DNA from: the human T2T-CHM13v2.0 reference genome, Homo sapiens
Direction: 5' to 3' (one strand)
DNA length: 64,000 nt
Assembly (NCBI RefSeq): GCF_009914755.1
Contig: NC_060934.1
A program made the position numbers and the translations under genes. Positions 23,246 to 35,124 of the stretch are shown here, piece after piece. Under the pieces are notes generated by a model. It searched no databases and had not been told where the DNA came from. It worked only from the letters and a program-made list of their open reading frames with translations. Position 1 is the stretch's first letter; each line of letters starts with the position of its first letter.

Positions 23246-26200
23246 GAATTCTCAGTAACTTCTTTGTGTTGTGTGTATTCAACTCACAGAGTTGAACCTT
23301 TCTTTAGAGAGAGCAGAGTTGAAACACTCTGTTTTTGGAATTTGCAAGTGCAGATTTCAAGCGATTCTAGGCCTATGGCAGAAAAGGAAATATCTTCGTA
23401 TAAAAACTACACAGAATCATTCTCAACAACTACTTTGTGATGTGTGCGTTCAACTCACAGAGTTTAAACTTTCTTTTCATAGAGCAGTTTGGAAACACTC
23501 TGTTTGTAAAGCCTGCAAGTGCTTTTTTGGACTTCATTGAGGCCTTCGTTGGAAACGGGATTTCTTCATATAATGCTAGACAGAAGAATTCTCAGTCACT
23601 TCTTTGTGTTGTGTGTATTCAAGTCACAGAGTTGAACCTTCCTTTAGAGAGAGCAGTTTTGAAAAACTCTTTCTGTGGAATTTGCAAGTGGAGATTTCAA
23701 GCGATTTGAGGCTAATCTTTGAAATGGAAATATCTTCGTGTAAAAACTACACAGAATCATTCTCAGAAACTGCTTTGTCATCTGTGCGTTCAGTTCACAG
23801 AGTTTCACCTTTCTCTTCATAGAGCAGTTTGGAAAGACTCTGTCTGTAAATTCTGCAAGTGATTAGTTAGACCCCTTTGAGGCCTTCGTTGGAAGCGGGA
23901 TTTCTCATTTACTGCTAGATAGAAGAATTCTCAGTAAATCCTTTGTGTTGTGTGTATTCAACTCACAGAGTGGAACCTTCCTTTATTCAGAGCAGTTTTG
24001 AAACACTCTTTTTGTGGAATTTGCAAGTGGAGATTTCAAGCGATTTGACGCCAATCTTAGACATGGAAATATCTTCATATTAAAAGTACACAGAGTCATT
24101 CGTAGAAACTAGTTTGTGATGTGTGCCTTCAACTCACAGAGTTTAACCTTTCTTTTCATAGAGCAGTTGGGAAACACTCTATTTGTAAAGTCTGCAAGTG
24201 GATATTTGGACCTCTTTGAGGCCTTCTTTGGAAACGGGATTTCTTCATATAACGCTAGACAGAAGAATTCTCAGTAACTTCTTTGTGTTGTTTGTATTCA
24301 ACACACAGATTTGAACCTTCCTTTAGAGAGAGCAGATTTGAAACACTCTGTTTTTGGAATTTGCAAGTGCAGATTTCAAGCGCTTCTAGGCGTATGGCAG
24401 AAAAGGAAATATCTTCGTATAAAAACTACACAGAATCATTCTCAACAACTACTTTGTGATGTGTGCGTTCAACTCACAGAGTTTAACCTTTCTTTTCATA
24501 GAGCAGTTTGGAAACACTCTGTTTGTAAAGCCTGCAAGTGGTTTGTTGGACTTCATTGAGGCCTTCGTTGGAAACGGGATTTCTTCATACAACGCTAGAC
24601 AGAAGAATTCTCAGTAACTTCTTTGTGTTGTGTGTATTCAACTCACAGAGTTGAACCTTTCTTTAGAGAGAGCAGAGTTGAAACACTCTGTTTTTGGAAT
24701 TTGCAAGTGCAGATTTCAAGGGATTCTAGGCCTATGGCAGAAAAGGAAATATCTTCGTATAAAAACTACACAGAATCATTCTCAACAACTACTTTGTGAT
24801 GTGTGCGTTCAACTCACAAAGTTTAAACTTTCTTTTCATAGAGCAGTTTGGAAACACTCTGTTTGTAAAGCCTGCAAGTGCTTTTTTGGACTTCATTGAG
24901 GCCTTCGTTGGAAACGGGATTTCTTCATATAATCCTAGACAGAAGAATTCTCAGTCACTTCTTTGTGTTGTGTGTATTCAAGTCACAGAGTTGAACCTTC
25001 CTTTAGACAGAGCAGTTTTGAAAAATTCTTTCTGTGGAGTTTGCAAGTGGAGATTTCAAGCGATTTGAGGCTAATCTTTGAAATGGAAATATCTTCGTGA
25101 AAAACTACACAGAATCATTCTCCGAAACTGCTTTGTCATCTGTGCGTTCAGTTCACAGAGTTTCACCTTTCTCTTCATAGAGCAGTTTGGAAAGACTCTG
25201 TCTGTAAAGTCTGCAAGTGATTAGTTAGACCCCTTTGAGGCCTTCGTTGGAAGCGGGATTTCTCATTTACTGCTAGACAGAAGAATTCTCAGTAAATCCT
25301 TTGTGTTGTGTGTATTCAACTCACAGAGTGGAACCTTCCTTTATTCAGAGCAGTTTTGAAAAACACTTTTTGTGGAATTTGCAAGTGGAGATTTCAAGCG
25401 ATTTGACGCCAATCTTAGACATGGAAATATCTTCATATTAAAAGTACACAGAGTCATTCGTAGAAACTGGTTTGTGATGTGTGCCTTCAACTCACAGAGT
25501 TTAACCTTTCTTTTCATAGAGCAGTTGGGAAACACTCTATTTGTAAAGTCTGCAAGTGGATATTTGGACCTCTTTGAGGCCTTCGTTGGAAACGGGATTT
25601 CTTCATACAACGCTAGACAGAAGAATTCTCAGTAACTTCTTTGTGTTGTGTGTATTCAACTCACAGAGTTGAACCTTTCTTTAGAGGGAGCAGAGGTGAA
25701 ATACTCTTTTTGTGGAATTTGCTAGTGTAGATTTCAAACGCTTCGAAGACAGTGATAGAAAAGGATATATCTTCGTATTAAAAGTAGACAAAATCATTCT
25801 CAGAAAACTCTTTGTGATGTGTGTGTTCAACTCACAGAGTTTAACCTTTCTTTAATCGAGCAGTTTGGAAATACACTCTTTGTAAGTCTGCAGGTGGATA
25901 TTTGGCCCTCTTTGAGCCCTTCGATGGAAACGGGATTTCCTCATATAATGCTAGACAGAAGAATTCTCAGTAACTTCTTTGTGTTGTTTGTATTCAACAC
26001 ACAGATTTGAACCTTCCTTTAGAGAGAGCAGATTTGAAACACTCTGTTTTTGGAATTTGCAAGTGCAGATTTGAAGCGCTTCTAGGCCTATGGCAGAAAA
26101 GGAAATATCTTCGTATAAAAACTACACAGAATCATTCTCAACAACTACTTTGTGATGTGTGCGTTCAACTCACAGAGTTTAACCTTTCTTTTCATAGAGC

Positions 26201-26980
26201 AGTTTGGAAACACTCTGTTTGTAAAGCCTGCAAGTGCTTTGTTGGACTTCATTGAGGCCTTCGTTGGAAACGGGATTTCTTCATACAACGCTAGACAGAA
26301 GAATTCTCAGTAACTTCTTTGTGTTGTGTGTATTCAACTCACAGAGTTGAACCTTTCTTTAGAGAGAGCAGAGTTGAAACACTCTGTTTTTGGAATTTGG
26401 AAGTGCAGATTTCAAGGGATTCTAGGCCTATGGCAGAAAAGGAAATATCTTCGTATAAAAACTACACAGAATCATTCTCAAAAACTACTTTGTGATGTGT
26501 GCGTTCAACTCACAAAGTTTAACCTTTCTTTTCATAGAGCAGTTTGGAAACACTCTGTTTGTAAAGCCTGCAAGTGCTTTTTTGGACTTCATTGAGGCCT
26601 TCGTTGGAAACGGGATTTCTTCATATAATGCTAGACAGAAGAATTCTCAGTAAATCATTTGTGTTGCGTTTATTCAACTCACAGAGTGGAACCTTCCTTT
26701 ATTCAGAGCAGTTTTGAAACACTCTTTTTGTGGAATTTGCAAGTGGAGATTTCAAGCGATTTGATGCCAATCTTAGACATGGAAATATCTTCATATTAAA
26801 AGTACACAGAATCATTCGTAGAAACTAGTTTGTGATGTGTGCCTTCAACTCACAGAGTTTAACCTTTCTTTTCATAGAGAAGTACGGAAACACTCTATTT
26901 GTAAAGTCTGCAAGTGGATATTTGGATCTCTTTGAGGCCATCGTTGGAAACGGGATTTCTTCATATAACGCTAGACAGAA

Positions 26981-29900
26981 GAATTCTCAGTAACTTCTTT
27001 GTGTTGTGTGTATTCAACTCACAGAGTTGAACCTTTCTTTAGAGAGAGCAGAGTTGAAACACTCTTTTTGTGGAATTTGCTAGTGTAGATTTCAAACGCT
27101 TCGAAGACAGTGATAGAAAAAGATATATCTTCGTATTAAAAGTAGACAAAATCATTCTCAGAAAACTCTTTGTGATGTGTGTGTTCAACTCACAGAGTTT
27201 AACCTTTCTTTAATCGAGCAGTTTGGAAATACACTCTTTGTAAGTCTGCAGGTGGATAATTGGCCCTCTTTGAGCCCTTCGTTGGAAACGGGATTTCCTC
27301 ATATAATGCTAGACAGAAGAATTCTCAGTAACTTCTTTGTGTTGTTTGTATTCAACTCACAGATTTGAACCTTCCTTTAGAGAGAGCAGATTTGAAACAC
27401 TCTGTTTTTGGAATTTGCAAGTGCAGATTTCAAGCGCTTCTAGGCCTATGGCAGAAAAGGAAATATCTTCGTATAAAAACTACACAGAATCATTCTAAAC
27501 AACTACTTTGTGATGTGTGCGTTCAACTCACAGAGTTTAACCTTTCTTTTCATAGAGCAGTTTGGAAACACTCTGTTTGTAAAGCCTGCAAGTGCTTTGT
27601 TGGACTTCATTGAGGCCTTCTTTGGAAACGGGATTTCTTCATACAACGCTAGACAGAAGAATTCTCAGTAACTTCTTTGTGTTGTGTGTATTCAACTCAC
27701 AGAGTTGAACCTTTCTTTAGAGAGAGCAGAGTTGAAACACTCTGTTTTTGGAATTTGGAAGTGCAGATTTGAAGGGATTCTAGGCCTATGGCAGAAAAGG
27801 AAATATCTTCGTATAAAAACTACACAGAATCATTCTCAACAACTACTTTGTGATGTGTGCGTTCAACTCACAAAGTTTAACCTTTCTTTTCATAGAGCAG
27901 TTTGGAAACACTCTGTTTGTAAAGCCTGCAAGTGCTTTTTTGGACTTCATTGAGGCCTTCGTTGGAAACGGGATTTCTTCATATAATCCTAGACAGAAGA
28001 ATTCTCAGTCACTTCTTTGTGTTGTGTGTATTCAAGTCACAGAGTTGAACCTTCCTTTAGACAGAGCAGTTTTGAAAAATTCTTTCTGTGGAGTTTGCAA
28101 GTGGAGATTTCAAGCGATTTGAGGCTAATCTTTGAAATGGAAATATCTTCGTGTAAAAACTACACAGAATCATTCTCCGAAACTGCTTTGTCATCTGTGC
28201 GTTCAGTTCACAGAGTTTCACCTTTCTCTTCATAGAGCAGTTTGGAAAGACTCTGTCTGTAAAGTCTGCAAGTGATTAGTTAGACCCCTTTGAGGCCTTC
28301 GTTGGAAGCGGGATTTCTCATTTACTGCTAGACAGAAGAATTCTCAGTAAATCCTTTGTGTTGTGTGTATTCAACTCACAGAGTGGAACCTTCCTTTATT
28401 CAGAGCAGTTTTGAAAAACACTTTTTGTGGAATTTGCAAGTGGAGATTTCAAGCGATTTGACGCCAATCTTAGACATGGAAATATCTTCATATTAAAAGT
28501 ACACAGAGTCATTCGTAGAAACTGGTTTGTGATGTGTGCCTTCAACTCACAGAGTTTAACCTTTCTTTTCATAGAGCAGTTGGGAAACACTCTATTTGTA
28601 AAGTCTGCAAGTGGATATTTGGACCTCTTTGAGGCCTTCGTTGGAAACGGGATTTCTTCATACAACGCTAGACAGAAGAATTCTCAGTAACTTCTTTGTG
28701 TTGTGTGTATTCAACTCACAGAGTTGAACCTTTCTTTAGAGGGAGCAGAGATGAAATACTCTTTTTGTGGAATTTGCTAGTGTAGATTTCAAACGCTTCG
28801 AAGACAGTGATAGAAAAGGATATATCTTCGTATTAAAAGTAGACAAAATCATTCTCAGAAAACTCTTTGTGATGTGTGTGTTCAACTCACAGAGTTTAAC
28901 CTTTCTTTAATCGAGCAGTTTGGAAATACACTCTTTGTAAGTCTGCAGGTGGATATTTGGCCCTCTTTGAGCCCTTCGATGGAAACGGGATTTCCTCATA
29001 TAATGCTAGACAGAAGAATTCTCAGTAACTTCTTTGTGTTGTTTGTATTCAACACACAGATTTGAACCTTCCTTTAGAGAGAGCAGATTTGAAACACTCT
29101 GTTTTTGGAATTTGCAAGTGCAGATTTCAAGCGCTTCTAGGCCTATGGCAGAAAAGGAAATATCTTCGTATAAAAACTACACAGAATCATTCTCAACAAC
29201 TACTTTGTGATGTGTGCGTTCAACTCACAGAGTTTAACCTTTCTTTTCATAGAGCAGTTTGGAAACACTCTGTTTGTAAAGCCTGCAAGTGCTTTGTTGG
29301 ACTTCATTGAGGCCTTCGTTGGAAACGGGATTTCTTCATACAACGCTAGACAGAAGAATTCTCAGTAACTTCTTTGTGTTGTGTGTATTCAACTCACAGA
29401 GTTGAATCTTTCTTTAGAGAGAGCAGAGTTGAAACACTCTGTTTTTGGAATTTGGAAGTGCAGATTTCAAGGGATTCTAGGCCTATGGCAGAAAAGGAAA
29501 TATCTTCGTATAAAAACTACACAGAATCATTCTCAACAACTACTTTGTGATGTGTGCGTTCAACTCACAAAGTTTAACCTTTCTTTTCATAGAGCAGTTT
29601 GGAAACACTCTGTTTGTAAAGCCTGCAATTGCTTTTTTGGACTTCATTGAGGCCTTCGTTGGAAACGGGATTTCTTCATATAATCCTAGACAGAAGAATT
29701 CTCAGTCACTTCTTTGTGTTGTGTGTATTCAAGTCACAGAGTTGAACCTTCCTTTAGACAGAGCAGTTTTGAAAAATTCTTTCTGTGGAGTTTGCAAGTG
29801 GAGATTTCAAGCGATTTGAGGCTAATCTTTGAAATGGAAATATCTTCGTGTAAAAACTACACAGAATCATTCTCCGAAACTGCTTTGTCATCTGTGCGTT

Positions 29901-32900
29901 CAGTTCACAGAGTTTCACCTTTCTCTTCATAGAGCAGTTTGGAAAGACTCTGTCTGTAAAGTCTGCAAGTGATTAGTTAGACCCCTTTGAGGCCTTCGTT
30001 GGAAGCGGGATTTCTCATTTACTGCTAGACAGAAGAATTCTCAGTAAATCCTTTGTGTTGTGTGTATTCAACTCACAGAGTGGAACCTTCCTTTATTCAG
30101 AGCAGTTTTGAAAAACACTTTTTGTGGAATTTGCAAGTGGAGATTTCAAGCGATTTGACGCCAATCTTAGACATGGAAATATCTTCATATTAAAAGTACA
30201 CAGAGTCATTCGTAGAAACTGGTTTGTGATGTGTGCCTTCAACTCACAGAGTTTAACCTTTCTTTTCATAGAGCAGTTGGGAAACACTCTATTTGTAAAG
30301 TCTGCAAGTGGATATTTGGACCTCTTTGATGCCTTCGTTGGAAACGGGATTTCTTCATACAACGCTAGACAGAAGAATTCTCAGTAACTTCTTTGTGTTG
30401 TGTGTATTCAACTCACAGAGTTGAACCTTTCTTTAGAGGGAGTAGAGGTGAAATACTCTTTTTGTTGAATTTGCTAGTGTAGATTTCAAACGCTTCGAAG
30501 ACAGTGATAGAAAAGGATATATCTTCGTATTAAAAGTAGACAAAATCATTCTCAGAAAACTCTTTGTGATGTGTGTGTTCAACTCACAGAGTTTAACCTT
30601 TCTTTAATCGAGCAGTTTGGAAATACACTCTTTGTAAGTCTGCAGGTGGATATTTGGCCCTCTTTGAGCCCTTCGATGGAAACGGGATTTCCTCATATAA
30701 TGCTAGACAGAAGAATTCTCAGTAACTTCTTTGTGTTGTTTGTATTCAACACACAGATTTGAACCTTCCTTTAGAGAGAGCAGATTTGAAACACTCTGTT
30801 TTTGGAATTTGCAAGTGCAGATTTCAAGCGCTTCTAGGCCTATGGCAGAAAAGGAAATATCTTCGTATAAAAACTACACAGAATCATTCTCAACAACTAC
30901 TTTGTGATGTGTGCGTTCAACTCACAGAGTTTAACCTTTCTTTTCATAGAGCAGTTTGGAAACACTCTGTTTGTAAAGCCTGCAAGTGCTTTGTTGGACT
31001 TCATTGAGGCCTTCGTTGGAAACGGGATTTCTTCATACAACGCTAGACAGAAGAATTCTCAGTAACTTCTTTGTGTTGTGTGTATTCAACTCACAGAGTT
31101 GAACCTTTCTTTAGAGAGAGCAGAGTTGAAACACTCTTTTTGTGGAATTTGCTAGTGTAGATTTCAAACGCTTCGAAGACAGTGATAGAAAAAGATATAT
31201 CTTCGTATTAAAAGTAGACAAAATCATTCTCAGAAAACTCTTTGTGATGTGTGTGTTCAACTCACAGAGTTTAACCTTTCTTTAATCGAGCAGTTTGGAA
31301 ATACACTCTTTGTAAGTCTGCAGGTGGATAATTGGCCCTCTTTGAGCCCTTCGTTGGAAACGGGATTTCCTCATATAATGCTAGACAGAAGAATTCTCAG
31401 TAACTTCTTTGTGTTGTTTGTATTCAACTCACAGATTTGAACCTTCCTTTAGAGAGAGCAGATTTGAAACACTCTGTTTTTGGAATTTGCAAGTGCAGAT
31501 TTCAAGCGCTTCTAGGCCTATGGCAGAAAAGGAAATATCTTCGTATAAAAACTACACAGAATCATTCTAAACAACTACTTTGTGATGTGTGCGTTCAACT
31601 CACAGAGTTTAACCTTTCTTTTCATAGAGCAGTTTGGAAACACTCTGTTTGTAAAGCCTGCAAGTGCTTTGTTGGACTTCATTGAGGCCTTCTTTGGAAA
31701 CGGGATTTCTTCATACAACGCTAGACAGAAGAATTCTCAGTAACTTCTTTGTGTTGTGTGTATTCAACTCACAGAGTTGAACCTTTCTTTAGAGAGAGCA
31801 GAGTTGAAACACTCTGTTTTTGGAATTTGGAAGTGCAGATTTGAAGGGATTCTAGGCCTATGGCAGAAAAGGAAATATCTTCGTATAAAAACTACACAGA
31901 ATCATTCTCAACAACTACTTTGTGATGTGTGCGTTCAACTCACAAAGTTTAACCTTTCTTTTCATAGAGCAGTTTGGAAACACTCTGTTTGTAAAGCCTG
32001 CAAGTGCTTTTTTGGACTTCATTGAGGCCTTCGTTGGAAACGGGATTTCTTCATATAATCCTAGACAGAAGAATTCTCAGTCACTTCTTTGTGTTGTGTG
32101 TATTCAAGTCACAGAGTTGAACCTTCCTTTAGACAGAGCAGTTTTGAAAAATTCTTTCTGTGGAGTTTGCAAGTGGAGATTTCAAGCGATTTGAGGCTAA
32201 TCTTTGAAATGGAAATATCTTCGTGTAAAAACTACACAGAATCATTCTCCGAAACTGCTTTGTCATCTGTGCGTTCAGTTCACAGAGTTTCACCTTTCTC
32301 TTCATAGAGCAGTTTGGAAAGACTCTGTCTGTAAAGTCTGCAAGTGATTAGTTAGACCCCTTTGAGGCCTTCGTTGGAAGCGGGATTTCTCATTTACTGC
32401 TAGACAGAAGAATTCTCAGTAAATCCTTTGTGTTGTGTGTATTCAACTCACAGAGTGGAACCTTCCTTTATTCAGAGCAGTTTTGAAAAACACTTTTTGT
32501 GGAATTTGCAAGTGGAGATTTCAAGCGATTTGACGCCAATCTTAGACATGGAAATATCTTCATATTAAAAGTACACAGAGTCATTCGTAGAAACTGGTTT
32601 GTGATGTGTGCCTTCAACTCACAGAGTTTAACCTTTCTTTTCATAGAGCAGTTGGGAAACACTCTATTTGTAAAGTCTGCAAGTGGATATTTGGACCTCT
32701 TTGAGGCCTTCGTTGGAAACGGGATTTCTTCATACAACGCTAGACAGAAGAATTCTCAGTAACTTCTTTGTGTTGTGTGTATTCAACTCACAGAGTTGAA
32801 CCTTTCTTTAGAGGGAGCAGAGATGAAATACTCTTTTTGTGGAATTTGCTAGTGTAGATTTCAAACGCTTCGAAGACAGTGATAGAAAAGGATATATCTT

Positions 32901-35124
32901 CGTATTAAAAGTAGACAAAATCATTCTCAGAAAACTCTTTGTGATGTGTGTGTTCAACTCACAGAGTTTAACCTTTCTTTAATCGAGCAGTTTGGAAATA
33001 CACTCTTTGTAAGTCTGCAGGTGGATATTTGGCCCTCTTTGAGCCCTTCGATGGAAACGGGATTTCCTCATATAATGCTAGACAGAAGAATTCTCAGTAA
33101 CTTCTTTGTGTTGTTTGTATTCAACACACAGATTTGAACCTTCCTTTAGAGAGAGCAGATTTGAAACACTCTGTTTTTGGAATTTGCAAGTGCAGATTTC
33201 AAGCGCTTCTAGGCCTATGGCAGAAAAGGAAATATCTTCGTATAAAAACTACACAGAATCATTCTCAACAACTACTTTGTGATGTGTGCGTTCAACTCAC
33301 AGAGTTTAACCTTTCTTTTCATAGAGCAGTTTGGAAACACTCTGTTTGTAAAGCCTGCAAGTGCTTTGTTGGACTTCATTGAGGCCTTCGTTGGAAACGG
33401 GATTTCTTCATACAACGCTAGACAGAAGAATTCTCAGTAACTTCTTTGTGTTGTGTGTATTCAACTCACAGAGTTGAATCTTTCTTTAGAGAGAGCAGAG
33501 TTGAAACACTCTGTTTTTGGAATTTGGAAGTGCAGATTTCAAGGGATTCTAGGCCTATGGCAGAAAAGGAAATATCTTCGTATAAAAACTACACAGAATC
33601 ATTCTCAACAACTACTTTGTGATGTGTGCGTTCAACTCACAAAGTTTAACCTTTCTTTTCATAGAGCAGTTTGGAAACACTCTGTTTGTAAAGCCTGCAA
33701 TTGCTTTTTTGGACTTCATTGAGGCCTTCGTTGGAAACGGGATTTCTTCATATAATCCTAGACAGAAGAATTCTCAGTCACTTCTTTGTGTTGTGTGTAT
33801 TCAAGTCACAGAGTTGAACCTTCCTTTAGACAGAGCAGTTTTGAAAAATTCTTTCTGTGGAGTTTGCAAGTGGAGATTTCAAGCGATTTGAGGCTAATCT
33901 TTGAAATGGAAATATCTTCGTGTAAAAACTACACAGAATCATTCTCCGAAACTGCTTTGTCATCTGTGCGTTCAGTTCACAGAGTTTCACCTTTCTCTTC
34001 ATAGAGCAGTTTGGAAAGACTCTGTCTGTAAAGTCTGCAAGTGATTAGTTAGACCCCTTTGAGGCCTTCGTTGGAAGCGGGATTTCTCATTTACTGCTAG
34101 ACAGAAGAATTCTCAGTAAATCCTTTGTGTTGTGTGTATTCAACTCACAGAGTGGAACCTTCCTTTATTCAGAGCAGTTTTGAAAAACACTTTTTGTGGA
34201 ATTTGCAAGTGGAGATTTCAAGCGATTTGACGCCAATCTTAGACATGGAAATATCTTCATATTAAAAGTACACAGAGTCATTCGTAGAAACTGGTTTGTG
34301 ATGTGTGCCTTCAACTCACAGAGTTTAACCTTTCTTTTCATAGAGCAGTTGGGAAACACTCTATTTGTAAAGTCTGCAAGTGGATATTTGGACCTCTTTG
34401 ATGCCTTCGTTGGAAACGGGATTTCTTCATACAACGCTAGACAGAAGAATTCTCAGTAACTTCTTTGTGTTGTGTGTATTCAACTCACAGAGTTGAACCT
34501 TTCTTTAGAGGGAGTAGAGGTGAAATACTCTTTTTGTTGAATTTGCTAGTGTAGATTTCAAACGCTTCGAAGACAGTGATAGAAAAGGATATATCTTCGT
34601 ATTAAAAGTAGACAAAATCATTCTCAGAAAACTCTTTGTGATGTGTGTGTTCAACTCACAGAGTTTAACCTTTCTTTAATCGAGCAGTTTGGAAATACAC
34701 TCTTTGTAAGTCTGCAGGTGGATATTTGGCCCTCTTTGAGCCCTTCGATGGAAACGGGATTTCCTCATATAATGCTAGACAGAAGAATTCTCAGTAACTT
34801 CTTTGTGTTGTTTGTATTCAACACACAGATTTGAACCTTCCTTTAGAGAGAGCAGATTTGAAACACTCTGTTTTTGGAATTTGCAAGTGCAGATTTCAAG
34901 CGCTTCTAGGCCTATGGCAGAAAAGGAAATATCTTCGTATAAAAACTACACAGAATCATTCTCAACAAATACTTTGTGATGTGTGCGTTCAACTCACAGA
35001 GTTTAACCTTTCTTTTCATAGAGCAGTTTGGAAACACTCTGTTTGTAAAGCCTGCAAGTGCTTTGTTGGACTTCATTGAGGCCTTCGTTGGAAACGGGAT
35101 TTCTTCATACAACGCTAGACAGAA
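26981..35124 (+). repeat. Near-perfect 4072-bp tandem duplication (24 monomers): 26981-31052 and 31053-35124
   Basis: ORF pairs 27177/31249, 28396/32468 and 30571/34643 are all offset 4072. Shared SNVs: CATTCTAAAC, TTGAAGGGAT, GAGATGAAATA, GTTGAATCTT, TTGATGCC, TGTTGAAT. Confidence 0.93.
27319..30712 (+). repeat. Tandem 10-mer HOR variant A1-A2-B-C-D (1697 bp) x2; again at 31391-34784
   Basis: EcoRI-defined units start at 27319 and 29016; ORF offset 28396->30093 = 1697. Lineage SNVs: TTTGTTGGAC, TTTGGAAGTG, AAGGGATTC, AATCCTAGAC, ATTCTCCGAAA, GAAACTGGTTT, CTTCGATGG. Confidence 0.9.

Noticed and set aside
25341-35112. Minus-strand ORFs (MYEEIPFPTK...) restricted to the 10-mer domain
   Set aside because: They are opened by single lineage SNVs (e.g. 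AACTAG->AACTGG removes a stop). They mark the haplotype and are not genes.
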